A DNA stretch of 64,000 bases. Origin: Leptospiraceae bacterium. Its GTDB lineage: Bacteria > Spirochaetota > Leptospiria > Leptospirales > Leptospiraceae. Position numbers and translations under genes: made by a program. This document shows, one piece after another, positions 44,391 to 53,759 of this stretch. Within the stretch, counting starts at the first letter, position 1. The number at the start of each line of letters is the position of its first letter. The notes beneath the pieces were generated by a model. The model ran no database searches, had not been told where the DNA came from, and saw only the letters and a program-made list of their open reading frames with translations. The DNA is taken from positions 35,341 through 99,340 of the forward strand of contig JAGRNF010000008.1 of assembly GCA_020440865.1 (NCBI GenBank), given 5' to 3'.

Positions 44391-45602
44391 TTATTTGAAA
44401 ATATTTCGGATTTTTGAAAAAATCGAATTCATTTTACTTTTCTTCTCTTTGCTTGTCTCAAATATATCGAGTGTACCTGAAGTGATATTTCCTTCCTCAT
44501 CTAGTTTAATAATCATAATATTATTAATTAATTTTAATAAATAATCAGATGTAAACTTCCAGTCTTTCTGTGAAACATCTGATAGAGCATGCTCTATGGA
44601 ATCCTGAAGGTGAGAATTTATCGAGTATCCATCTAAGATATAGTACAAATTGTAGAGAATATAGATTCCTGATTCCTGGTAGGCTTTATTCCCTATAATC
44701 TCTTGAGTTTTTTCTTGGATGGGTTTTAGTATTTCCTGCAATTTAATCAAATCTAATCGCGGTTTGATAGGTATAAAGAATTTTGGATGAAAAAGACTGT
44801 CTTTGAATTTGGATTCTTCAATTTCTATTAATTTTTTAATTTTCAATCTGGTGTTGTTTAGTATTGTATTAACACCTTCATTAGAATACATATAATTTAA
44901 GATTTCTTGAATTTCTCTTCCTAAAATTCCCTGAGGAAAAATCACATATTTTATCTTAAATAAACATAGAGCCAAATAATCACAGGCTGAATTATAATTT
45001 CTCTTACCTTCAAAGTATTCCGAACCTGCAATACTATCATTCAGAATAGTATAGAAGAGTTCTTTTGATTTCTCATATTCTTCGCTGGTAAAATAATCTA
45101 AATCAGGTTTAATGATATGTTCCAGATTGAATCTATCTATATAATAGTCATCTGTGTTGTCAGCTTCAGTGGACATCTCATCAAGAGTAAAATAGATTTT
45201 ATAAGGCTCTGCATTATAAATATTATCTTCATAGTGAAAATACAATTCATCCTCACGTAGCACTATCTGACTCAATATCAAAGATGAAAAATTCTGCTCA
45301 ATCATTCTGCGCATAGCCGCTATTCGATTCGAATCTTTAGTGAACTTCAAAAATGGAATTGAAAATGAATACTTCTCTTTATCTGCTTTGATACGAAGAT
45401 AGACAGAACCCTGGGGAACTGTTAGATCAAGAGTGTCTGAATCCGGTATATCTATTGGAGCATTAATGTATTTTAGTAAGTATTTAAACGAATTGTAATA
45501 ATCTTTTTTCTCAAAGTATTCTGTTGAGAGAAACCAATCTTCATAAGATACCTGGCGGGTATATCTAGAAATAGGAGGGATGTAAGGGATTGACTTATCC
45601 AT
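44391..45602 (-). CDS. hypothetical protein, upstream partner of the protease
   Basis: 403 aa with no recognisable motif. It ends 21 bp before the protease gene on the same strand. Confidence 0.45.
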   Translation of the reverse strand: MDKSIPYIPPISRYTRQVSYEDWFLSTEYFEKKDYYNSFKYLLKYINAPIDIPDSDTLDLTVPQGSVYLRIKADKEKYSFSIPFLKFTKDSNRIAAMRRMIEQNFSSLILSQIVLREDELYFHYEDNIYNAEPYKIYFTLDEMSTEADNTDDYYIDRFNLEHIIKPDLDYFTSEEYEKSKELFYTILNDSIAGSEYFEGKRNYNSACDYLALCLFKIKYVIFPQGILGREIQEILNYMYSNEGVNTILNNTRLKIKKLIEIEESKFKDSLFHPKFFIPIKPRLDLIKLQEILKPIQEKTQEIIGNKAYQESGIYILYNLYYILDGYSINSHLQDSIEHALSDVSQKDWKFTSDYLLKLINNIMIIKLDEEGNITSGTLDIFETSKEKKSKMNSIFSKIRNIFK

Positions 45603-45608
45603 TGTAAA

Positions 45609-46055
45609 CTATGAAATCAAAGATTTAATAGAAGTCATTATATCATCTTTGTCTTTGTAAAATATTGGGAGTACCGTGTTTTCAAAAATGATTTTACTTT
45701 CTTCATCAATTAAGTAAGTAGTCCTATTGACCCCAATGAGTCCTAATGCATTGTATGTTTTGCATACCTTTCCATCGGGATCACTCAATAGATTTAAATT
45801 CAATTTGTATTTCTCTTTAAATTTTTTATGAGATTCTACACTATCTTTATTGATACCCAGAATCTCTATGTTTAAATTTTGAAATTCTTCAAATCCGCTA
45901 CTATAAGAGCAAAGTTGTTTGGTGCAAACAGCTGTATCATCTCCGGGATAAAACACTAAAAGAACTTTTTTTCCTTTAAAATCTGATAAAGATACCTTTG
46001 CTCCTTCTGAATTTATTAAGGAAAAATCCGGTGCCGGTTTATTGAGTAAGCTCAT
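45609..46055 (-). CDS. bcp: peroxiredoxin, Bcp/PrxQ type
   Basis: AhpC/TSA fold; peroxidatic Cys in AVCTKQLC. 148 aa. Confidence 0.7.
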   Translation of the reverse strand: MSLLNKPAPDFSLINSEGAKVSLSDFKGKKVLLVFYPGDDTAVCTKQLCSYSSGFEEFQNLNIEILGINKDSVESHKKFKEKYKLNLNLLSDPDGKVCKTYNALGLIGVNRTTYLIDEESKIIFENTVLPIFYKDKDDIMTSIKSLIS

Positions 46056-46902
46056 TAGATATCTTTGCCATCCTTATTTTATTGCTATAGTCTTTTTTAA
46101 ATACGATATGTTTATTGCTTTGTAATACAATTTTCTTCAATATGGGTTCCCAATCAGGATGAATTTCCATAAACAAATTTCCTGTGTCTTCTATGTAATT
46201 ATCGAGATTTTTAATTAATTTCGTAAGAAATTCTTCATGATGATCCAGGAATAAAGCTAGATGGGGTTCATATTCATACACACCCGCTGATAGAAGTTCC
46301 TTTTCGGTACTGGGTATATAAGGAGGGTTGATAGTGATAAGGTTAAATTTTTTAATAGGGATGCTATCAAATAAATCTGAAATATAAAAATTATTGAACG
46401 AATCATCTTCTATTATACTGAAATAGTTTTTTTTGCAAACTTCAAGCGCTTCCATAGATAGATCAGAAAAATGCAGTATCCAATTGGGTCTTTCTCTCTT
46501 TAAAGAAATCCCTAAACAACCCGATCCGGTGCACAAATCTAAGACGGTGTATTCTTCTATTGATGGAGTATCTTTAAGAACCCATTCTACAAGTTCTTCA
46601 GTCTCGGGTCTTGGTATCAATACGGAAGGATCTACATAAAATGTAGAATTATAAAAATTTTTCTTTTTAGTGAGATAAGCAATAGGAACCTTTTTAGCTC
46701 TCTCTTTTAATAATTTTCTATAATTGTCTTTTTGCTCTTCTGTAAGTTTGTATTCAAAATGTGTGTAGAGTTTAACGCGATTGAAGTTCAAAACTTCTGA
46801 TAATAAAAGTTCAGCATCCAATCGAGAAGATTCGATTCCGTTATCTTTCAAGAAAGCTTGGGATTTTCTTAAAACATAAAGTATAGAGTCTTTTGGATGC
46901 AT
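46039..46902 (-). CDS. prmC: release-factor glutamine N5-methyltransferase
   Basis: NPPY motif (ITINPPYIPS); SAM-binding LDLCTGSG. Confidence 0.8.
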   Translation of the reverse strand: MHPKDSILYVLRKSQAFLKDNGIESSRLDAELLLSEVLNFNRVKLYTHFEYKLTEEQKDNYRKLLKERAKKVPIAYLTKKKNFYNSTFYVDPSVLIPRPETEELVEWVLKDTPSIEEYTVLDLCTGSGCLGISLKRERPNWILHFSDLSMEALEVCKKNYFSIIEDDSFNNFYISDLFDSIPIKKFNLITINPPYIPSTEKELLSAGVYEYEPHLALFLDHHEEFLTKLIKNLDNYIEDTGNLFMEIHPDWEPILKKIVLQSNKHIVFKKDYSNKIRMAKISNELTQ

Positions 46903-46999
46903 GGATAATCTGTTGAGATTAGTTCAGGTTTGAGTAACCTCAACAGTGTTTTTTATTTCTCATTGGAGGTGGTAAGGGGGAGGGGATTTCAATTTAATA

Positions 47000-47022
47000 A
47001 AACAACCCCTTTCGGGGCTGTT
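47000..47022 (-). terminator. rho-independent terminator of the 47048-47953 gene
   Basis: Minus strand: AGCCCC-GAAA-GGGGTT followed by GTTTTATT. Confidence 0.6.
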
Positions 47023-47047
47023 CTATTAAAATTGAAAGAGCAAGTTA

Positions 47048-47953
47048 TTAAGGAGTGACAGAAATTACTTCGTCTCTATTCACCATGTCTACAATGTGTT
47101 TGTATTCTACAGAACCTTTGCCATACTTCAGCTCAGTTGCTCTAAGAAGGTGAACGTTTTTCTTGTTCTTGAGTTTTTGTACTTGGTCATCGCTACCGGC
47201 TTTGTATTTTTTCAAAGTGTTTTCTTCGAAAGAATAGCAGCTAGCCAGGTATTTATGAGCAGGGTACTCTTTTTCGTTAAGATCAAGCTCGAGGTAAAGC
47301 TCTATGATAGGAATACACTGAGGATAATTCTGTGTATCATATTCAGCCATAATCCATGCTCTGTAAACAGAAGAAAGAAGTGTTTTGTATGCTTTCTCTT
47401 CTCTGAGGTCAGGATTTTTTATTTCATCGAGGTGATTGATCGCTTTAGTGAAATAAGTAACTGCAGCTAATTTAGCAGCCATTTTTTCACGTTGAATATA
47501 TCTTTCTTCGTTAGCTTTTCTATCGATTTTTTGCCAGTACCATTTTTCATCAAGACGCTTCTTTTCAGATTGCTCTTTTCTGTATTGCTCGATGTTTTCT
47601 CTCATCTTGAGAATAGTGTTCATACCAGACTGGTAAGCGGAAAGTGCAAGTCTGTATTTATTGTTAGCAAAAGCTTTGGAAAGTTTGTGTAAATCCTCGA
47701 ATGCTTTGTTGTAACCAGCAAAGTCGGGGTTCTTCCACATAGCTTCTTGCTTAATGATTTCTTTCTTTCTTGCTTTTTCTTCATCGGAAAGATTAGCATC
47801 ATCATCCGGAACAAGCTCGCCCTTAATGGTAACTTCTTCTTCACTATTTGCTGCAGCTTTGTCTGGTTGTCCTGCAGGAGCTGGATCCTGAGCATATAGA
47901 ATACCAAAGTTGATCAGCACTAAGAGAATGACTAGTCTATTGAAAATCTTCAT
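47048..47953 (-). CDS. hypothetical secreted/lipoprotein
   Basis: 301 aa with a signal peptide and an alpha-helical, coiled-coil-like, Lys/Glu-rich body. Confidence 0.45.
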   Translation of the reverse strand: MKIFNRLVILLVLINFGILYAQDPAPAGQPDKAAANSEEEVTIKGELVPDDDANLSDEEKARKKEIIKQEAMWKNPDFAGYNKAFEDLHKLSKAFANNKYRLALSAYQSGMNTILKMRENIEQYRKEQSEKKRLDEKWYWQKIDRKANEERYIQREKMAAKLAAVTYFTKAINHLDEIKNPDLREEKAYKTLLSSVYRAWIMAEYDTQNYPQCIPIIELYLELDLNEKEYPAHKYLASCYSFEENTLKKYKAGSDDQVQKLKNKKNVHLLRATELKYGKGSVEYKHIVDMVNRDEVISVTP

Positions 47954-49287
47954 CTTGTTATACCTTTAACTCTCTTTCAATATTTAAGACAGACTTATAA
48001 ATAAATCTATCCCGTAATTAATATCGGAAATGCCCTATGCAAGGTCAATCCAATAAATAATATTTTTTTAGAATGTGTACTTTTTTTTAATGAGACATAG
48101 TAAAAATATGGGAAAATATTGAGTTTTTTACTAAAAAATCTAATTTAAATTCTTTTCAATCAGATTGATTTTGTGCTTAAACTCCATTATTTCTTTAAAA
48201 TCTTCATGCTTCTGGTACAAACCTTCATTAGGCTTCTATTCTGTTGATAGGCAAGTATTCTATCTAAAATTGAGAAAAAATGAAGAAATTTATTTTTTCG
48301 GAATGTATCTTTTTTTTAAAATCACGACCCATTTGAAAATTTTTTAGATGTATGCACATATAGATAAGATGGTTTAAATAAAAAACAGAATGAATTTCGG
48401 TTTTTCAAAAGATCAAAAAGAAAATAATTCCAAACGGTTTGTTCAATTCATTCAAAAGTTTCTATTTGATATCCTTATTTCTTATAATTCAAATCCAGTA
48501 GCCTTTTAAATTTTCATTTTATTTCTATGCCTGTAATAGAGTGAGGTTTGGGGAAGGGTCGCTGAACTGTTCTTCTGGACCTTCCGGTTGTCTGTGAATT
48601 TCAGTTTTAGCAATTGTATTCTTAAAACTTATTGAGAGCGGGTGGAACAATCTTTTTAACACCATTCAGGTTTCATTTTAAACAGGAGAGATTTCTTCAG
48701 AATGCAAAGTCCTACTTCATCGGAAAAAATAGGATTCAAGCATTTCCATCTACTTTAGATTATTTTTCTAAGTATTGATAGTTATCCTTTTTTCTAAAAA
48801 TTCCTTCCTTCCCAATTCAGTTTCTCTCTTTTTAGCAAAATATGAATTCCTCAGTACTACCTCAAAATGGATATAGGGTGTCTTCTAAGTCGATGTACTC
48901 ATATTTTCCTTTCTGCTTTTGTAAACTAATGAAGCAATTCAATTCATCCATATTTATTTTCAAGCACTCAAAAATGAAACTTGGGTTCTTATCTGAAATC
49001 CTATTGTATTTTTCTTTAAAAGATTCGGTTACGAAATCAAGGGTCTAAAGTTTCCAATCAAAGTAGTCTCCGGTTTGGAGTGGGTGGGTTGCGTACTATT
49101 TTCTAGCTATACATCAACTTTGAATTGAATATGCAATTTGTATCTTTCTAAAGTAATCTATTATCAAGACTCCTGGAATTTTTTGTTTTTCATCACTCAG
49201 CTCCTAAAAATCCATAGAATGAAATATTTTTTGGATGTTCGGAAAGTAAAGTTCGAATGAAAGAGTGGATTTGAGTTTCTTCTATAC

Positions 49288-49380
49288 CGGTTTTCATAAA
49301 TACTTACGTATTTCTTCGTAAGGTTTGTAGCCGTTTTATAGATGATTCTTCTGTGAATGCGCAAACCTTCTGAAAATGAC
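49288..49380 (-). repeat. copy C of the ~95-bp interspersed repeat family (orphan, in non-coding gap)
   Basis: Minus strand: agtcattttcagaaggtttgcGCATTCACAGAAGAATCATCTATAAAACGGCTAC aaaccttacgaagaaatacgtaagtatttatgaaaacc. About 80% identical to copy A over about 95 bp, including the downstream leader. Confidence 0.75.
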
Positions 49381-50129
49381 TATAAATAAAAATTTTCATC
49401 TCCCTGAAAAATCATAAGATCTATTCCATCAGTCACGAATGCTTGATCTCTTCTATTATTGCAATTTGGGAATTGGTGTTTAATTTTTTTGAATTGTATC
49501 CTCTTTGTGATTTGAGGAAAATTATTTCCTCTTCTTTATTTAATGAGCAAAGATCTCTTCTGTGTTTACTCTAAAATCTTAGTTCAAGGTCAGAATGGCT
49601 GATGAAACCTAATTAGAGGCTAGGATATTTGTTCTACTAGAGAAAAGTCCTAATGCCCCTTTGCAATGAATTAGTAACTCATCCTACGCAGTATTTTATT
49701 TTTCAAATTTTTTTTAGTTTAAAATCAAAATCATTTTTTGCTAATAAATCAATAAAAATATGGGTTTAGGCGATAGCCCAAGCTGTCCGCAGGCTCCCTG
49801 CAACCTCACATTTCACTTCTTTGCGTAATGTGAGTTAGTAAACTATTTGCTGAAATTTTCGTTTCTCCGTTGATATGAGAATACCCAAAATTTGGAAAAT
49901 TTTGATATTTCGGCCTGTAGTACCCACAGGGTAGATTTTCAAGATTTTCTCTTTTTGGGGCCTTTCTCTGGAGATGGAATCTTTACTAAGAACATAAGTT
50001 TCTATTTTAAATAGAGTGAAACATAAGACTATTTCTTCCGGATGTTTCAAATCTATCAGGTTCTTTAAAATAACTCATTGGAAATTTCAAGTTCTACCGA
50101 AATTAAAAATAAAACGGTGGTGACCAGCA

Positions 50130-50450
50130 ATGCCCAAAAATACTCCAGCCAATGCAAAGGGAAAACAGGTATCCAAGAAGAGAGTTGCCCAAAAATCCAA
50201 AGTTAAGAAAAAACCACAAACAGTATCTGCTAAGAAAAAGACTATCGGGCAGGGTCTTGTGAATGTGATGTTGGATACCAAAAAAATCAAGATTCAAAAC
50301 GTTGAAGTCTCCAAGCAAGCATTCGAAAATTTAGCTATTTTTGCCTCCAACCTCAAACCTGCTATGACAATTGAACAAGCGATATCCAGTTTGCTCGAAC
50401 AGGGGTTTAACCCCAAATTCAATCCTAAAAAAATTCCACTCCTTCCGTAA
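50130..50450 (+). CDS. small lysine-rich basic protein (possible nucleoid-associated protein)
   Basis: 106 aa. The N-terminal 45 residues are a Lys/Ala/Pro-rich tail (KGKQVSKKRVAQKSKVKKKPQTVSAKKK), followed by a globular C-terminal half. GGTGGTGA ribosome-binding site. Sits just upstream of rsmG. Confidence 0.45.
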   Translation: MPKNTPANAKGKQVSKKRVAQKSKVKKKPQTVSAKKKTIGQGLVNVMLDTKKIKIQNVEVSKQAFENLAIFASNLKPAMTIEQAISSLLEQGFNPKFNPKKIPLLP

Positions 50451-50538
50451 TATATACGACATAATATGTTTCACGTGAAACGCATTGTGTCGTCTTCAAG
50501 CTATTCTCTTTTTAAACTTAACTTACCAAGGTAGAACT

Positions 50539-51267
50539 ATGCTCACTGTTAAATATGAATTCATTTCCCGTTTTCCCGGTCTTAGCGAAGAATCCCAAAA
50601 AGAGGAATTTTGGATTCACCTCCAAAATTTTTATGAATTTTTAATTCTAAAAAATCATGAAGGTGGGTTCTTTTCTAAATCCGATTCAGATTTAATTTTA
50701 GAAAGACATATCATGGATTCCTATTTCTTTGCTGCTAAGGTTCTGGATGTTCTTCGTGTTTCACGTGAAACAGAATTCGCGGATGTAGGAACTGGACCCG
50801 GATTGCCCGGATATCTATTTTTCTTAATAGGAAAGTTTAAGAGTGTTTCCTTTATCGATTCTCAGAAGAGAAAAATGAAACATCTGGAAGAGTTTGCTAG
50901 AAATCAGAAATTACCCGGTGAACCTAGGTTTATCTATGACAGAGCAGAGAATGTAAAAAAGAAATTCGATCTTGTGAGTATGAGAGCTGCTATCCCATAT
51001 CCGTGGTCGGTGGAAGTTTGCTCTGGTTTGGTCAAACAGGGTGGATGCTTTGTTCCATATTTAGGAAAATTGAAAAATCTAGATCGTATAGAAGGTGAAA
51101 TTTTAGAAAGAATGGGATTTGATAAGCAGAGTGAATTTTCGATTCCTGAATTGAATTTTTTGGGGGAACGAAATGTAAAAGTCTTGAAAAAGAGAGTTCA
51201 GAAAGAGACAGGTAAAGCTAGACTTTGGAAAGTCATTCAAAAGGAGATTCGGGAATACAATGGGTAA
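50539..51267 (+). CDS. rsmG: 16S rRNA (guanine527-N7)-methyltransferase RsmG (GidB)
   Basis: SAM-binding VGTGPGLPG. Conserved context upstream of parA. The ORF track starts at 50485. The ATG at 50539 (MLTVKYEF) with an AAGG ribosome-binding site is more plausible. Confidence 0.8.
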   Translation: MLTVKYEFISRFPGLSEESQKEEFWIHLQNFYEFLILKNHEGGFFSKSDSDLILERHIMDSYFFAAKVLDVLRVSRETEFADVGTGPGLPGYLFFLIGKFKSVSFIDSQKRKMKHLEEFARNQKLPGEPRFIYDRAENVKKKFDLVSMRAAIPYPWSVEVCSGLVKQGGCFVPYLGKLKNLDRIEGEILERMGFDKQSEFSIPELNFLGERNVKVLKKRVQKETGKARLWKVIQKEIREYNG

Positions 51268-52024
51268 AATTATTGCAATCAGTAATCAAAAAGGGGGCGT
51301 TGGGAAAACGACAACTTCTATAAATCTTTCCTCGAATCTCGCATCGATGGGGAAGAAAATTTTGGTAGTCGATATTGATCCTCAGGGCAATGCAGGTTCC
51401 GGTTTGGGAATCGATGTAAATCAAATTCAAAAAACAACCTATGAGGTTCTATTGAAGGAAATCTCAATAAGAGAATCAATCATCAAAACTGATTATGAAA
51501 ATTTATTTATACTCCCGGCAAATATCAATTTGAGTGGAGCTGAAATAGACCTGGCAAATGTAGAGAGAAAAGAATTTGCCCTTAAGGATGCTATTCAATC
51601 TATTAAAAATGATTTTGATTATGTTCTCATCGATTGTCCTCCATCTCTCGGACTTCTTACCTTGAATGCACTTTCCTCTGCTGATAGTGTCATAATAACT
51701 TTGCAGACAGAATACTTTGCCTTAGAGGGGCTAAGCCAACTGATGAAGATCATTTCCCTGGTTCAGGAGAATTTGAATTCCGGATTAGAGTTGGAGGGAG
51801 TTCTTCTTACAATGTATGATAAGAGGACTAATCTAGCCAACCAGGTTGCTTCAGATGTTAGACAGTACTTTCAGGAAAAAGTATTTGAAGCAATGATTCC
51901 CAGAAATATAAAACTGGGGGAAGCACCTTCGTTTGGAAAGCCTATCAATGTGTATGATACGGATGGAATAGGAGCTAAGAGTTACTTAGCTTTTGCAGAA
52001 GAGTTTATTAAAAAGAATCAGTAG
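51260..52024 (+). CDS. parA: chromosome partitioning ATPase ParA/Soj
   Basis: Deviant Walker A KGGVGKTT; 254 aa. Confidence 0.85.
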   Translation: MGKIIAISNQKGGVGKTTTSINLSSNLASMGKKILVVDIDPQGNAGSGLGIDVNQIQKTTYEVLLKEISIRESIIKTDYENLFILPANINLSGAEIDLANVERKEFALKDAIQSIKNDFDYVLIDCPPSLGLLTLNALSSADSVIITLQTEYFALEGLSQLMKIISLVQENLNSGLELEGVLLTMYDKRTNLANQVASDVRQYFQEKVFEAMIPRNIKLGEAPSFGKPINVYDTDGIGAKSYLAFAEEFIKKNQ

Positions 52025-52033
52025 GAGAAAGGA

Positions 52034-52933
52034 ATGACAAAACCAAGTGTGTTGGGTAGGGGTCTGGGCAATCTCATACCGGGTGGAAATAAAAATACTT
52101 CTACTGGAATCTCGGATTCCGGATCAGGGGAAGTCAAAGATTCGAATTCTATAGAAATAAAAATATCAGAAATTCAAATGAATCCGAATCAACCCCGGAA
52201 AACTTTTTCAGCAGAAACCATTACAGAGATGGCTGAGACAATCAAAGTTCATGGATTGATACAGCCAATCATTGTGAAGAAAATCGAAAATGGTTATGAA
52301 CTGGTTGCAGGAGAGAGAAGGCTACGGGCCTGTAAGGAAGCAGGATACATTAAAATTCCCGCGATCATAAAGAACTATTCTGAGAAAGAATCAATAGAAA
52401 TTGCTCTACTGGAAAATATTCAAAGAGAAGATTTGAACCCAATTGAGCAGGCCATGGCTTACCAAACAATCTCAGAAAGATTGAATTTGAAAATTACTGA
52501 AGTGGCTACCAGACTAGGAAAGAATCGATCTACCATCGCTAATCTGATCAGACTTCTTCAACTCCCTGAAAGCGTAAAAAATTTAGTATCCTCAGGTAAG
52601 CTATCGGAAGGTCATGCCAGACCACTACTTACCATCGGAGATAAAAAGAAACTCGAAGAAGTAGCCGGAATGATCGTGGAAAAACAGATGACTGTTCGGC
52701 AAGTAGAGGATTATGTATCCGAATTAGTTGATGGCAAAAATCAGGAGAATAAAAAGATCCAAATCGATAAAGATCCATCCATCCTTGATCTAGAAGGAAA
52801 AATTAGAAATAAATTTTCGATCAAAGCTATGGTTCAGCACAATTCTAAAACTGGAAAAGGAAAGATTTCTTTGAGTTATAATGATATGGATGAATTGGAA
52901 AGGTTGATGGAAAAGATGGGAATAAAGATTTAA
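52034..52933 (+). CDS. parB: chromosome partitioning protein ParB/Spo0J
   Basis: ParB box GERRLRA; HTH; C-terminal dimerisation region. Confidence 0.85.
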   Translation: MTKPSVLGRGLGNLIPGGNKNTSTGISDSGSGEVKDSNSIEIKISEIQMNPNQPRKTFSAETITEMAETIKVHGLIQPIIVKKIENGYELVAGERRLRACKEAGYIKIPAIIKNYSEKESIEIALLENIQREDLNPIEQAMAYQTISERLNLKITEVATRLGKNRSTIANLIRLLQLPESVKNLVSSGKLSEGHARPLLTIGDKKKLEEVAGMIVEKQMTVRQVEDYVSELVDGKNQENKKIQIDKDPSILDLEGKIRNKFSIKAMVQHNSKTGKGKISLSYNDMDELERLMEKMGIKI

Positions 52934-52934
52934 A

Positions 52935-53402
52935 TTACTTTTGAAGATCCAATAGTAGGCCTCGAATTTTTTCTATTTGTTTCAAAAGATGAAAGGCCGA
53001 ATTGTTTGGACTGAGCATTGTCTTGGCTAGAATTTGAATGTTTTCATCGATGATTTTGATTGTCATCAATACTTTTTTGTCATTCCTTCCTCTCTGTCTG
53101 GCTTGAACCAATTCCACATTATTCTTTAAAATTGCATTGGTGATATTTTTGATTAAAGATTTATAAGATTCTAAATTTTTCTTACTGGGTTCTCTTAAAA
53201 AATCTTTTTCAGCATCCGGTAGAAGTTGCCAGTATTCATTGATTTCCCGTGTCGTTTCGTTAGTAGATGGTACTATTGATTCCAGAATTTCCAGGAAGGT
53301 TTGGTCCTTGCCTGAAACAGAGGCACCTCCCTCAGATTTTCTGGTGGGAGTTTTTCGATCTCTTGTACTTTTGATGGGTTCGTTTGTATTGAATATTTTC
53401 AT
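52935..53402 (-). CDS. hypothetical protein downstream of bactofilin
   Basis: 155 aa. Its start overlaps the bactofilin stop by 4 bp, so probably co-transcribed. Confidence 0.4.
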   Translation of the reverse strand: MKIFNTNEPIKSTRDRKTPTRKSEGGASVSGKDQTFLEILESIVPSTNETTREINEYWQLLPDAEKDFLREPSKKNLESYKSLIKNITNAILKNNVELVQARQRGRNDKKVLMTIKIIDENIQILAKTMLSPNNSAFHLLKQIEKIRGLLLDLQK

Positions 53403-53752
53403 GGATTAGGGGTTACAGTACATTTGCCGTGAAAAAGTACTCCATCCTCTAGAATTAAATTTGGAGTGATCAAATCTCCGTAAAGTTTGCAGGTAGAGAG
53501 CAAGATAACTCGTTCAGATGCATAGATGTTTCCATTGATATGCCCGCCTGAAACCACGATTCTGGCTTTGATATCAGTATCCACAACTCCGGTTTTGCCT
53601 ATCAGGACCTTACCGTTAGTTTGAATCAAACCTTTGAATTTTCCATCTATTCTAATGAGTCCATCTACTTTAAACTCACCTTCGAATTCGGATCCTTCAC
53701 CTATGATACTATTGACTATGAATTCTTCAAAATATTTGCTATCTTCTTGCAT
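53399..53752 (-). CDS. bactofilin
   Basis: 117 aa. Right-handed beta-helix repeat pattern typical of DUF583 bactofilin (GEFKVDGLIRIDGKFKGLIQTNGKVLIGKTGVV...). Confidence 0.75.
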   Translation of the reverse strand: MQEDSKYFEEFIVNSIIGEGSEFEGEFKVDGLIRIDGKFKGLIQTNGKVLIGKTGVVDTDIKARIVVSGGHINGNIYASERVILLSTCKLYGDLITPNLILEDGVLFHGKCTVTPNP

Positions 53753-53759
53753 TGTTTTC

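Noticed and set aside
48578-48590. CCGGAAGG on the minus strand resembling the SRP-RNA domain IV motif
   Set aside because: The surrounding sequence lacks the GGAAGCAGCC partner and the symmetric-loop context. Isolated 8-mer match.
49630-49650. GAGAAAAGTCC resembling the RNase P RNA P4 GGAAAGTCCGG motif
   Set aside because: No GC-rich helical context and none of the other universally conserved RNase P segments nearby.
47954-50129. Idea that the ORF-free region is the decayed remains of dnaA or another origin gene
   Set aside because: Spot translations on both strands gave only 9-29-aa peptides. None had Walker A (GKTHL) or other recognisable fragments. A sensitive BLASTX is needed to settle it, so it is kept only as an open possibility in the findings.
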